A stretch of 64,000 bases of DNA, taken from Euryarchaeota archaeon TMED192. Lineage in GTDB: Archaea; Thermoplasmatota; Poseidoniia; Poseidoniales; Thalassarchaeaceae. The stretch lies in assembly GCA_002170775.2 (NCBI GenBank), contig NHIP02000003.1, positions 155,029-219,028 on the forward strand. Direction: 5' to 3'. Every line of letters begins with the position of its first letter. The first letter of the stretch is position 1. Below the pieces are notes generated by a model, which ran no database searches, had not been told where the DNA came from, and worked only from the letters and a program-made list of their open reading frames with translations. Shown here piece after piece: positions 1 through 9,383 of this stretch. A program made the position numbers and the translations under genes.

Positions 1-163
1 TACCATTAACTAGGAGGAGTGTCGAGTGACCTTGTTTTGATCTGCACCATAATTCGACCACAGTATTCGAATCGCCCCATGAACGGTTATCTCCTGAAAC
101 GATGCAAAGATCATCGGACCACATGGCACGTCCCATGGAACCGGATAGAGGGGTTGTGATTCA

Positions 164-1264
164 ATGCTTGCAGCGTTACTCGCCCAAACAACATTATGGC
201 CGGAAGCGTTGAATGCCTTCTTTGTACGACCCCCCCTCATGACCTCGGCGGAGAGTCCCGTCCCACCGATTGATTGGGATGCTCTAACATTCTCTTTTAC
301 GGAGACTGATAGGATGTTTGTAGCCCACGGTACGTGGGAAAGTGGTTGGGGTGAAGGGAAGATGATCGACTTCCAGCCCCTCACCCTTACACCGGCTGCT
401 TGTGTGCTGAATTACGGGCAGGGCCTTTTCGAAGGGATGAAGGCAAGAATGGCTCCTGATGGAAGGATTACTCTGTTCAGGCCAGAGATGAATGCTAGAA
501 GAGCGGCCGAGGGATCTGCAAGGCTAGTTATGCCAGAGGTTCCAGAGGAGATGTTTGTTGACGTGGTCAGGAGAGTGGCCTCGGAGAATAGAAGATGGGT
601 TCCACCAAATGGAAGGGGAGAGTTGTATATTCGGCCAATAATATTCGGCAGCAGCGCCCGACTTGGGGTGGCTCCTGCAGATGAATACATGTTCGTAGTT
701 TTCGCAGTTCCTGTTGGGCCATACTTCAAGGGAGGCATGACGCCGATATCACTCAGGGTGTCTCAAGACCATCACAGGGCTGCGCCGGGTGGTTCGGGGG
801 GTGTGAAGGCCATCGGTAACTACGCCCCGGGCATGATGCCGTCCAAGAAGGCCAAATCAGAAGGTTACAGCGAAATAATCTATCTCGATGCTGTGGATCA
901 TCAGTATGTAGAGGAAGTCGGAGCAGCTAATTTCTTCTGCGTGCGTGATAATGTCCTGTACACTCCGGAATTAACTGGCACGATTTTGCCAGGAATAACA
1001 AGGCTATCAATCATAGAGCTCGCTCGGTCAATTGGACTGGAAGTTAAGGAAGAACGTGTGGATATTGATTTCGCTCTGGAGTGCGATGAGGCCTTCTGCG
1101 CCGGTACTGCTGCGGTTATATCTCCAATAGGCTCGATTGAACATGTTGAGAGAGTTGTCAACTACGGCGATGTTGGGAAGGTCACTCTAGACCTTTATCG
1201 TCGCCTTACAGGAATAATGGACGGTTCATCCGAGGATCCTTTTGGATGGACCCTGGAGATATGA
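164..1264 (+). CDS. ilvE: Branched-chain amino acid aminotransferase (fold-type IV, long YwaA/BCAT-like form)
   Basis: The 366-aa ORF resembles ~360-aa branched-chain aminotransferases end to end. Motifs: YGQGLFEGMKA, GELYIRP, GGVKAIGNYA, VEEVGAANFF, ILPGITR, GTAAVISPIG and C-terminal DPFGWT.EI. The Met at 239 (MTSAES...) is a likelier start than 164. Confidence 0.9.
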   Translation: MLAALLAQTTLWPEALNAFFVRPPLMTSAESPVPPIDWDALTFSFTETDRMFVAHGTWESGWGEGKMIDFQPLTLTPAACVLNYGQGLFEGMKARMAPDGRITLFRPEMNARRAAEGSARLVMPEVPEEMFVDVVRRVASENRRWVPPNGRGELYIRPIIFGSSARLGVAPADEYMFVVFAVPVGPYFKGGMTPISLRVSQDHHRAAPGGSGGVKAIGNYAPGMMPSKKAKSEGYSEIIYLDAVDHQYVEEVGAANFFCVRDNVLYTPELTGTILPGITRLSIIELARSIGLEVKEERVDIDFALECDEAFCAGTAAVISPIGSIEHVERVVNYGDVGKVTLDLYRRLTGIMDGSSEDPFGWTLEI

Positions 1265-1265
1265 G

Positions 1266-1709
1266 TTATCGGCGTCCGAATTTCTTCTTGCGCTGGCCAG
1301 AAGGTCTTCGAGAAGGGGCTTTCCTCTGCTTTGCCTGCCTAGCGCCGGCCCTACCAGAAAGCCTAGATGTGCGTTGGGCAGCTGTATCTTCACTTTCGGA
1401 AGCAAGGACCTTGAGTCTCTGACCAATCACCTTGAGGACGTCTTCTTTGTTAGCTGAATTGGTAGATGCCAGTGCATCATCAGTTGAGACCACTAGTCTA
1501 CCTTCTTTGGAAGATGATCGGAGGGGGTGGCTTGCATCCTGATCACGCCTCATTTTTGTTATGCCTGCAGATCTCGCAGCCATTGCGATTTGATCGAGAG
1601 AGGGGCGCGGTATGCTGGCATCACGAGGGACGCGTCTCCCGGATCTCCTGGAGGTTCTGGAGTCGAAGTAGCCCGTCCAGATCGTCATTCGGGTAGAGTC
1701 GCCTGTCAT
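1266..1709 (-). CDS. srp19: Signal recognition particle protein SRP19
   Basis: MTIWTGYFDSRTSRRSGRRVPRD...PSLDQI matches the SRP19 N-terminal signature (IWP.Y.D...SR.EGRRVP). It has a long basic C-terminal tail. The Met at 1688 is probably the true start. Confidence 0.85.
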   Translation of the reverse strand: MTGDSTRMTIWTGYFDSRTSRRSGRRVPRDASIPRPSLDQIAMAARSAGITKMRRDQDASHPLRSSSKEGRLVVSTDDALASTNSANKEDVLKVIGQRLKVLASESEDTAAQRTSRLSGRAGARQAKQRKAPSRRPSGQRKKKFGRR

Positions 1710-1757
1710 GGATATGATATCCGCCGTAGAATGGATGACTTGAGGTCTTCGTCATCA

Positions 1758-2150
1758 CTAATCCAGAAGAACGCCACTGACTACCCCGTCCATTCCCGGA
1801 CGGCTTGTGATTCGGACCGGTCCAAGTTCTGTCCCCGCAATGGCTCCCTTGGTTATGATGTTACGACGGACGTAGTTGGGGTCGGCCGCGTTCTCGATGA
1901 TGTTAGTAATGCCGACGCGCTTCGTGATTCCCTCAGAAGGAATGCTGACGTTGATTTGTGAGGCGCTCATGACTCTGACAGTCTGTAAGCCTGCATGCTT
2001 GCGATAGATTTTGTTCTGATTCTCGTCGGAAACGAAGGCGAACTGCTTCTCGCTGGATATTTCCTTCTTCCGCTTGCCCCGATAGCGTATAGGGCGCTTC
2101 AGGCGTCCGCCAGTTGGCTTTCTCCTAGACATGCCATGCCACTTAGCCAC
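1758..2150 (-). CDS. rps8e: 30S ribosomal protein S8e (eS8)
   Basis: The N-terminus MAKWHGMSRRKPTGGRLK and the 130-aa size are typical of archaeal eS8. Confidence 0.9.
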   Translation of the reverse strand: MAKWHGMSRRKPTGGRLKRPIRYRGKRKKEISSEKQFAFVSDENQNKIYRKHAGLQTVRVMSASQINVSIPSEGITKRVGITNIIENAADPNYVRRNIITKGAIAGTELGPVRITSRPGMDGVVSGVLLD

Positions 2151-2248
2151 GAGTCCTGCCGACCGACCTTCCTTATTTCAATAGATTGGAGGTTAACGGC
2201 CATGACTGTCTCAGTGAGATTCATCCTTTCGATTGATGCCGCGAGTAC

Positions 2249-2755
2249 ATGAATGAGAAACGTCTGAGGCGTAGAACACCTCTTAGATTCAAACAAATCA
2301 AGGCCATATCATCCGAAATAGAAGCACGCCTCAATGTGCCTCTGAATCTCTCGAGTTCATTTCTAGAGGAAGCTCACTTTGAAGGGGTTGACCTGATTGT
2401 TGTTGATCGTCTGCCGAGGCTAATGAAACTGGAAAAAGATGAGGGCGCGGGCGTGTGGTTCCCAACTCTGAGGGGGCTCCTTACTTGGGATATAGATTTG
2501 AACTGGGCAGAAGTCGATCATGGGGCAATACCGTTCCTGATGAATGGTGCTGACTGCATGGCAGCAGGGATACAGAATTCAGACCACAGGATAAGGAAAG
2601 GGGATCCTGTTTGGATAAGGGATGAATCCCACGGAAGACCGCTTGCATTGGGATGGGCCCTAATGGATGGTGAAGAAATGGATAATGCGAAGAATGGCAA
2701 GGGAATTCAAACGGTGCATTGGATCGGTGATGATCTCTGGAGTTTAGATTCGTAG
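2249..2755 (+). CDS. PUA-domain RNA-binding protein (MCT-1/Tma20-like)
   Basis: 168 aa. The C-terminal half (GAIPFLMNGADCMAAGI...GDPVWIRDESHGRPLALGWALM) fits the PUA domain as seen in small archaeal PUA proteins. Confidence 0.65.
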   Translation: MNEKRLRRRTPLRFKQIKAISSEIEARLNVPLNLSSSFLEEAHFEGVDLIVVDRLPRLMKLEKDEGAGVWFPTLRGLLTWDIDLNWAEVDHGAIPFLMNGADCMAAGIQNSDHRIRKGDPVWIRDESHGRPLALGWALMDGEEMDNAKNGKGIQTVHWIGDDLWSLDS

Positions 2756-2809
2756 ATTGGTTGAACATTGAATCGCTTCATTCTTACATATGTCTGGCTA
2801 CAGAACTAC

Positions 2810-3412
2810 ATGCGAGTGGCACCACTGCTGGTTGTTCTTCTTATTCTTCCAACCGTGGTAGGAGAAGACGGCGGGGTTAACTCTGAGGCCGACTTGACTG
2901 GTACTCCAATCGAATCTTTGTCCTATCCCTCCTCATTCACAGCCCTTGGCGAAGAAGGCGGCTTAATGTCCATCGAACTTGAGATTAGAATAGATGAAAA
3001 TGTAAGTTCGGTCGAATGGGTGACTCAAGTCTGCGTGAACAGCGGGGTATGTTACCCGCCAGTGTACAATGACATGATTGATCAGAATGGAACATGGGTT
3101 GCAGATGTAGAAATAGAGACTGATGCTTCTTATATCAATTGGAGATTTGACATTGAACATACTAACAATTCGACTTCGGAGCGCATCCCATCCCTGGGGT
3201 GGGGATGGAAGATCTGGTCAACGTGTTGGTTTGATGGGGCTTCGTGGGGCGGGGATGACTTTCCAACGGAGATTGAATCACAGGAGAATTGTGTAAGTTC
3301 TCTGGACAATGGCTCTGAGTCATCTGGTGGGTTGTTATCTGTGCCTTATGGCGGAGCAGTGCTTGCTATCTTGTCGCTTGGAACGGCAGCATTGATGTCA
3401 AGACGCGTCTGA
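2810..3412 (+). CDS. Hypothetical secreted/membrane-anchored protein
   Basis: Signal-like N-terminus MRVAPLLVVLLILPTVVGEDGG starts at Met 2810 (the ORF opens at TTG 2768). It has an acidic Trp/Cys-containing ectodomain and a C-terminal hydrophobic helix GGAVLAILSLGTAALMSRRV. No family recognised. Confidence 0.5.
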   Translation: MRVAPLLVVLLILPTVVGEDGGVNSEADLTGTPIESLSYPSSFTALGEEGGLMSIELEIRIDENVSSVEWVTQVCVNSGVCYPPVYNDMIDQNGTWVADVEIETDASYINWRFDIEHTNNSTSERIPSLGWGWKIWSTCWFDGASWGGDDFPTEIESQENCVSSLDNGSESSGGLLSVPYGGAVLAILSLGTAALMSRRV

Positions 3413-3420
3413 GGCAGAGC

Positions 3421-4101
3421 ATGGTCAATGACCACGATGCGGGAGGATTCATCGATTTCATCTTCGATGAGTTGTCTGTTGACGAGATGACAGAGCGCGC
3501 GCGAGGCTTCTACGAGCAGATGGACATGCGCCGGACTACTCGTCATTTTTCTAGCAGGGCTGTCTCGCGGGAACTGATTGAACTGGCGATAAGAACCGCG
3601 AGTACGGCCCCTTCTGGAGCTCATCTTCAACCTTGGACATTTGTGGCGGTTTCCAATGAGGGGTTGCAGAAAAGGATTCGTGATGCTGCTGAGGATGAAG
3701 AGCGACGATTCTACAAAGATCGAGTCCCAGAAGCCTGGTCGGAAGTCCTCAGGCCACTGGGAACTGACCACATCAAGGCTCACTTGACTGATGCGCCTTG
3801 GGTGGTGATACTCTTCAGACAGAGCAAAAGGATCAGGGTTAATGGGGAAATGGGACCAACTTACTACTCTCAAGAATCCTGTGGAATTGCTGCTGGATTA
3901 TTCATTGCAGCAGTTCACAACATGGGCCTCACGACGCTGACCCACACGCCATCCCCAATGGGATTTCTGAGGGATATACTGAACAGACCGGATCACGAGC
4001 ATGCGATGCTTGTTATGCCGGTCGGTTATCCAGCAAGCAATGCCAAAGTCCCTGAAATTTCTCGAAAGGGGCTCGCAGATATATCAGATTTCATTGAATA
4101 A
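3421..4101 (+). CDS. Nitroreductase-superfamily flavoprotein, iodotyrosine deiodinase (IYD)-like
   Basis: RRTTRHFS...ASTAPSGAHLQPW is the nitroreductase FMN-binding N-terminus. The remainder aligns by eye with my recollection of animal IYD: EDEERRFYKDR...HIKAHLTDAPWVVILFRQ, YYSQESCGIAAGLFIAA, LTTLTHTP, MLVMPVGYPA...VPEISRK. Confidence 0.75.
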   Translation: MVNDHDAGGFIDFIFDELSVDEMTERARGFYEQMDMRRTTRHFSSRAVSRELIELAIRTASTAPSGAHLQPWTFVAVSNEGLQKRIRDAAEDEERRFYKDRVPEAWSEVLRPLGTDHIKAHLTDAPWVVILFRQSKRIRVNGEMGPTYYSQESCGIAAGLFIAAVHNMGLTTLTHTPSPMGFLRDILNRPDHEHAMLVMPVGYPASNAKVPEISRKGLADISDFIE

Positions 4102-4105
4102 TGAA

Positions 4106-4990
4106 TCATTCTTGTCCATCCATATTCTCGGTTGAATCCACTTGAAATAGGGAAAGAATAATTCCAGAGCAGATGATCATTATTCCTCCAATTATATCTC
4201 TTGTATCGAGGACCTCATTGAATAGCAGATACCCATAGGCTGTGGCGACGATTACTGTAAGGTAGGAGAAGGCGCTTACCCAAGCTGCATTTGCTCTGTG
4301 GAATGCATACGTGAGCCCTACTTGTCCTGCTCCAGCCCCCACTCCTATGCCAACTAGTGCCAACATCAAAATCGGATCTGAAATGACGTAAGCAAGACTC
4401 GGAATAGCAGGGAGTACAGTTGCTACAACGGAGAATGCAGCGAACCAGAATACGATGCTGAGTGCTTCCTCAGTCGCTTTTAGCCTTCTGACGTAGAGAT
4501 ATGCGACCCCAGCGAAGAATCCTGAGCCGAGAGCGAGTAATGCATTTTTCTCTATCGTCCTTAGGTCGGGCGATACAATCAGTAGGATCCCTAAGAAGGA
4601 CACTATGGCCAGAACCCATACTTGCGGGTGGACTCGCTCTGAAAGAAAGAATCCCGATAGGAGCGCAACAAAAAGCGGGTTTGTGTATTGCAAAGTTACC
4701 GCTTGGCCGATGGGGATCAACGCTAGTGCTGAGAAGTAGAGAATCATTGCAGCCAATCCGGTGAAGCATCTGAAAGCCATATTCTTGCGGTCATGCACCA
4801 CGAGATCCACCCTTGCGATTCTAGCGATGATGTAAATTGCAAACGCGATGACGAGCGATCGAACGAAAACCATCGTCCAGACATCTACCTCAGCGGAAGT
4901 CCATTTCACAAGAGCGTTCATGGAACCGAATGAGAAGCTGGCAAATAACATCCAAGCAACAGCTGTTCTTCGGGAGTCGTTGTCATTCAT
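4106..4990 (-). CDS. EamA/DMT-family permease
   Basis: About 10 hydrophobic helices arranged as two EamA-like halves. The Met at 4990 gives an ATGA overlap with the parA stop. The ORF can also open at 5008. Confidence 0.75.
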   Translation of the reverse strand: MNDNDSRRTAVAWMLFASFSFGSMNALVKWTSAEVDVWTMVFVRSLVIAFAIYIIARIARVDLVVHDRKNMAFRCFTGLAAMILYFSALALIPIGQAVTLQYTNPLFVALLSGFFLSERVHPQVWVLAIVSFLGILLIVSPDLRTIEKNALLALGSGFFAGVAYLYVRRLKATEEALSIVFWFAAFSVVATVLPAIPSLAYVISDPILMLALVGIGVGAGAGQVGLTYAFHRANAAWVSAFSYLTVIVATAYGYLLFNEVLDTRDIIGGIMIICSGIILSLFQVDSTENMDGQE

Positions 4991-5988
4991 GAAGGAATTA
5001 GCCCCCACCTTCTTTCAAGTTCCAATGTGACTGAAAGATAGTCACTACCACCATGGCTCGATGGATCATGTAGATGGATCGGAACGCCATGTGCCGGCGC
5101 CTCGGCTAGTCGGATGTTCCTTCTTATTGCGGGCTCTACGATTAGGGGGCCGTATGTGTCCCGAAGTTCATTCGCAACCTGCACGTTCAGGAGCGTTCTT
5201 TCATTGTGCATTGTTAACAATATTCCATCCACACCCAAGGTTGCTGTGAAGAGATTCCTCACTTCCCTTACGGTTCCTGCTAGCATTGCTAGTCCTTCCA
5301 ACGCAAAATACTCAGTCTGGACCGGGACTACCAGTCCATGGCTTGCTACCAATGCATTCACCGTTACAATACCAAGTGAGGGTGGTGTGTCAATTATGAT
5401 GAGGTCATAATGGGGGGATAGCGGAGCGATTGCATCTGAGAGTCTTCTTTCACGCCCTAACTGGCGAAGAAGTTCTTGGTCTAGTCCCACAAGAGACCTA
5501 TCTCCGACGATCATGTGTACACCGTCAACGGCTGTTTGATGGCGCGCTTCTATCGCTCGCTCAGGTTGCAGGATGAGGTCTCTGGTCGTGGCTGTAACGA
5601 GTCGCTTATCTACGCCGAGTCCAGTTGCACAATTACCTTGCGCATCCGCATCGATTACCAGTACTCGATGGCCTCTCAAACCGAGTTGCGCCGCGATGTT
5701 GATTACTGAAGTGGTCTTTCCAACCCCTCCTTTTTGATTGGTGATCGTAACAACTCTGGCCTGACCTCTTTGCGAAGGCGCACCCCTTGGAAGAGCGAGG
5801 GGGTTGTGATTTGTAGGCTTCTCACTCGATCTAGCGGCATCCTGCCTCTCGTGCTCTACAAACTCAACGTCGATGATGCGGGAATCCTGGGCATCCTCGC
5901 TAGTGTCGTGGTCGCCCCCCCCATACACAGTCCGAGGGGGTCTCAGAGACAGTTCAAGATACCGACTGTTTCGATCGAAGAGTATCAA
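4987..5988 (-). CDS. parA: ParA/Soj-family partition ATPase with ~80-aa N-terminal extension
   Basis: Deviant Walker A VTITNQKGGVGKTTSVINIAA, VLVIDADAQGN, IIIDTPPSLG and a C-terminal EAPAHGVPI. The first ~80 aa have no ParA counterpart. Confidence 0.85.
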   Translation of the reverse strand: MILFDRNSRYLELSLRPPRTVYGGGDHDTSEDAQDSRIIDVEFVEHERQDAARSSEKPTNHNPLALPRGAPSQRGQARVVTITNQKGGVGKTTSVINIAAQLGLRGHRVLVIDADAQGNCATGLGVDKRLVTATTRDLILQPERAIEARHQTAVDGVHMIVGDRSLVGLDQELLRQLGRERRLSDAIAPLSPHYDLIIIDTPPSLGIVTVNALVASHGLVVPVQTEYFALEGLAMLAGTVREVRNLFTATLGVDGILLTMHNERTLLNVQVANELRDTYGPLIVEPAIRRNIRLAEAPAHGVPIHLHDPSSHGGSDYLSVTLELERRWGLIPS

Positions 5989-6006
5989 GTTACGGTTTAG
6001 AGATGA

Positions 6007-8256
6007 CTATTCAGAGGACGTGGAAATTTGGATCCAGCCGATCACTCTGGATGTTGTTGCATCCATCGCAACGTCAAACGTGTAGTCTCTTGTGCGGTCG
6101 ACACTGGTCCATTCGCTGTGCAACACCACAGTGACAACTCCCGTAGAGAGTTCAGACGACAGTAAGTCCGAGATGTCGTCTATCTCCCCGGATACAGCCC
6201 TGTATCCAAGATGCCGCAGCTCTTCAGGCGAGTCGGGGATCATCACTTCATTGACTTCCTCGTAACGATTCTCATTGAGGAGCCTATTCTCGAGGTAATC
6301 CAAAGTTAGGGTTGAGGGGATAGCAGATTTATCCCATGAGACTGGATCGTCATTGCCCCAGTCTCCAGAGTCCATTATGGGACATGCCTCGTCATTGGGT
6401 TCCCAGTCCAGTATTATCCACCCAGATTGATCTTCGATGTCTACCCAAGATAGGTTCCAGTCCTCATTGTTCAAGGAATGAGTTGCCTCCCAAATATATC
6501 CTCCACCATCAAGTGCTTTGGCCGCATCAGAGAGAGGGTGCGAGGTAAGCAGACAGGTCGTGATTTGTTCTAGGTTAGTTCTACTTTCAGACTCATCGGG
6601 CATATGAGATGCCCAATCTTTCTTGCCTGCACTAGTAGGCCGATCGTCTCCTGGTGATGGCTCAGAATCGTATTCATCGTACCAATCAATCTCGTTCGTC
6701 CCCCTGGATGATGATGTGACTGTCATGTCCATCCGCATGTCCAATCTGCCCTCTGGCAGCGCAGCATCGCTAACCGCACTAGCGAAGACGCTGCACTGAG
6801 AGGTTGTCAGCGACTTGTCCAATCGTATGTCTGCAGTCTGCTGTACAGGCCAAGGGATATCGGGATCTACCAGAATATCCATCCTAAGGTATCCGAAACA
6901 GGCTTCTATCTCATCATTGGAGATAGAAATCGGATAAACATATCCGTGGATTGGGTCATTTCGCTCTTTCTTCACATTCCAAGTCCATGATTCGTCCTCG
7001 GAAGATGACGCCCCCTCCTCCAACACAGTGTCTCCGAAGAACTCCTGCAAATCCATCGGAAGTAGCGGGATTGAGAGCAACGGCGCAATGGCGCCTAAGC
7101 CAGGGAGTATGCTAGTACCGAAAGTCGTCGCTTCGACATGCGTCGATTCTCCGTCTGAATCTGTGAATTCTAAGTCTGTCTCTGTCCTGATAACGTCCCT
7201 ATCGGAAATATGGAGCCATGATTCGGTGGTCATGGATAATTTATTCTCTGGGTAAGACCAACCCGCATTGCTGCACTCTATCCCGTTTTCCCTCCACGTT
7301 TTCCCCTGGAGGTCTACATCCAACTCATGATTTAATGACTGCTTGGCTGCTAAACTTACTCTCCCGTATGCATCATACACGCTGTATGCACCCGTATGCT
7401 CTGTATCGCTAGGGAATATGGTGTCGAGATCAGTGCCTCTTGCCATTGAGAGAGAACCCATGCCCGAGATATCAACATCAATCTCAGAACAGACCTGATC
7501 AAATGCGCTCGGAGAGATGGCATCTCTGAGAATCGCTACCATGTCATCGCCCTCTATGTTGATCGTGGTTTGCTGGATTGAGAATTCAATCGAATCGCCA
7601 TACCTAACCTGCTGTGCAGTGAAAGACGAGTCGCGTTGCAAGAATACATAGAGAGATGCACTCAGAATCAGAGCGACTGCGAATCCCGCGGCCACCTGGA
7701 TCCGTGTGATTCTGAATGGTTGTGTTGGCGAAGTGCTTTCTTTCTCTGCCTTCTTCTCAACCTTTTTCTGCAGGGGCTTACTATCTTGCTTTTCTACAGT
7801 ATATCCTTGCTTTTCTACATCGAGTTGGATATCAGGTTCATCCTCTATGAGGATCAACTCCTTCGCTGATTCCCCTAGAACTGGTTCCTCTTCTTCGATT
7901 AGCTCTGCTTCGACTATGGACGATTCTGGGACATCTGGTGCGTCCATGGAGGCAGACATGGGTTTTCTTCGATCGTGTCGATCGAGTAACTTATCGATGG
8001 CATTGTCGATGTCTGCATCCATGGCCATATCCTTGGCCGCGAGTTTAGAGTTAGGATTAGACTGTTGAATTCGTTCGATTAGCTCGGATTTATTACCCGT
8101 TACTCGCAATCCCTTCTCCTTACACAGTATCTTGAGTTCGGAGACCTTCATGCTTTCAAGAACTTCAGAATCCACGTTAGCCGGCCTCCCTCTGCATGTG
8201 AAGCGGGGTGAGGCCGCTTTCAATACCTCCCCGTCTTGGATGGGTGGTTGAATCAC
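6007..8256 (-). CDS. SAP/HeH-domain single-pass membrane protein with large unassigned C-terminal domain
   Basis: MKVSELKILCKEKGLRVTGNKSELIERIQQ is a SAP motif beginning at the Met at 8151, a plausible true start. It is followed by an acidic/Lys-rich linker, one TM helix (ITRIQVAAGFAVALILSASLYVFL) and a ~540-aa acidic Trp-rich domain. Confidence 0.7.
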   Translation of the reverse strand: MIQPPIQDGEVLKAASPRFTCRGRPANVDSEVLESMKVSELKILCKEKGLRVTGNKSELIERIQQSNPNSKLAAKDMAMDADIDNAIDKLLDRHDRRKPMSASMDAPDVPESSIVEAELIEEEEPVLGESAKELILIEDEPDIQLDVEKQGYTVEKQDSKPLQKKVEKKAEKESTSPTQPFRITRIQVAAGFAVALILSASLYVFLQRDSSFTAQQVRYGDSIEFSIQQTTINIEGDDMVAILRDAISPSAFDQVCSEIDVDISGMGSLSMARGTDLDTIFPSDTEHTGAYSVYDAYGRVSLAAKQSLNHELDVDLQGKTWRENGIECSNAGWSYPENKLSMTTESWLHISDRDVIRTETDLEFTDSDGESTHVEATTFGTSILPGLGAIAPLLSIPLLPMDLQEFFGDTVLEEGASSSEDESWTWNVKKERNDPIHGYVYPISISNDEIEACFGYLRMDILVDPDIPWPVQQTADIRLDKSLTTSQCSVFASAVSDAALPEGRLDMRMDMTVTSSSRGTNEIDWYDEYDSEPSPGDDRPTSAGKKDWASHMPDESESRTNLEQITTCLLTSHPLSDAAKALDGGGYIWEATHSLNNEDWNLSWVDIEDQSGWIILDWEPNDEACPIMDSGDWGNDDPVSWDKSAIPSTLTLDYLENRLLNENRYEEVNEVMIPDSPEELRHLGYRAVSGEIDDISDLLSSELSTGVVTVVLHSEWTSVDRTRDYTFDVAMDATTSRVIGWIQISTSSE

Positions 8257-8314
8257 TTATTCGAGGGGTTCGGCATACGCTAGACTCAAAATATGAGAGT
8301 TTGAGCGTGCAAAC

Positions 8315-9274
8315 ATGGATCCTCGGCTGGTCATACTCTCAAGAGGGCCGGGTTTGTACTCAACGACTCGACTCATGGAGGAGTCGCAGAGATATGGATT
8401 CAGTACCAGGATTATAGATCCGATGGGCATAACCACCGCAGTCGATGGTGAAGGTGGACGTATTTACTACAAGGGCTGGCCTGTTGAAGCTGAAGCAGTA
8501 ATCCCCAGGATTGGCTTCTCAATTACTCGCCCTGGTGCTAGTATAGTTAGGCAATTCGAGCGACTTGGTTCGATTGTTCACAACACAGCAGATGCCATTC
8601 TTTTGAGTAGGGACAAAATTGCTGCTACCCAAGTAATGGCAGAATGCGGATTGCCTGTCCCAAAAACGATCAGAGTGGCTTCAATGAATGATTGCATGTA
8701 TGCACTTAGAGCAATTGGCAGTTATCCTCTGGTAATCAAGGCAAGTGAGGGAACTCAGGGGTCGAGCGTATTCCTAATGGATGATGAGGCTCGTGCTATC
8801 TCCTTGCTTTCCCAGATGTTTGAACGGGGTATGAGGCCACTGGTTCAGGAATATATTGGAGAGTCTCATGGCAGAGACGTACGGGCAATAGTAGTCAGGG
8901 GACGGGTTGTGGCGAGCATGTTGAGGAAGGCACGGGGTTCAGAGTTCAGATCTAATTTCCATCTCGGCGGTTCAGTCGAGGCTGTCAGCTTAACTTCCGA
9001 TCAGGCCAATGTCGCAGTCAAAGCCGCAAATGAGCTTGGATTAGATGTGGCTGGCGTGGATATGCTAGAGTCGGCATCTGGTCCACTGCTCCTCGAGGCG
9101 AATTCAAGCCCTGGCTTGGAGGGCATCGAGCGGGCGACGGGGATCAATGTGGCTGCTAGGATCGTGTCTAGTCTCCGAGCAAGAGTGAGGGAAGCATCAG
9201 AGGCGGCTGAAGAAATGCGCAAAGCTCTCGAGAATGGTGCGAGTAATCTTGGACGCGCTACTGAATCTGATTAG
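8315..9274 (+). CDS. RimK-family ATP-grasp ligase (alpha-L-glutamate ligase-like)
   Basis: ATP-grasp motifs PLVIKASEGTQGSSVFL, VQEYIGESHGRDVRAIVV, FRSNFHLGG and AGVDMLES..GPLLLEANSSPGLEGIE. The substrate cannot be told from sequence. Confidence 0.8.
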   Translation: MDPRLVILSRGPGLYSTTRLMEESQRYGFSTRIIDPMGITTAVDGEGGRIYYKGWPVEAEAVIPRIGFSITRPGASIVRQFERLGSIVHNTADAILLSRDKIAATQVMAECGLPVPKTIRVASMNDCMYALRAIGSYPLVIKASEGTQGSSVFLMDDEARAISLLSQMFERGMRPLVQEYIGESHGRDVRAIVVRGRVVASMLRKARGSEFRSNFHLGGSVEAVSLTSDQANVAVKAANELGLDVAGVDMLESASGPLLLEANSSPGLEGIERATGINVAARIVSSLRARVREASEAAEEMRKALENGASNLGRATESD

Positions 9275-9383
9275 GATTCGGCGTATGCACTTGTTGCCTC
9301 CTATTTGGGTTACATCTGGCCGAATTGGGGCAAGTATTGAAGTTGTGATTGGGGGGCTGAGGGTCGTTCCGTGAGGGACAGGG

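Noticed and set aside
10-384. 124-aa minus-strand ORF at the left edge
   Set aside because: It lies antisense to the strongly supported ilvE 5' region, has Ser/Pro/Trp-rich shadow-frame composition, and shows no motif. The first ~160 nt of the window may be non-coding or the tail of an upstream gene that I cannot identify.
8152-8314. Centromere-like repeats in the spacer upstream of the SAP-protein gene
   Set aside because: I looked for iterated direct or inverted repeats by eye and found none convincing. A computational repeat search is still needed.
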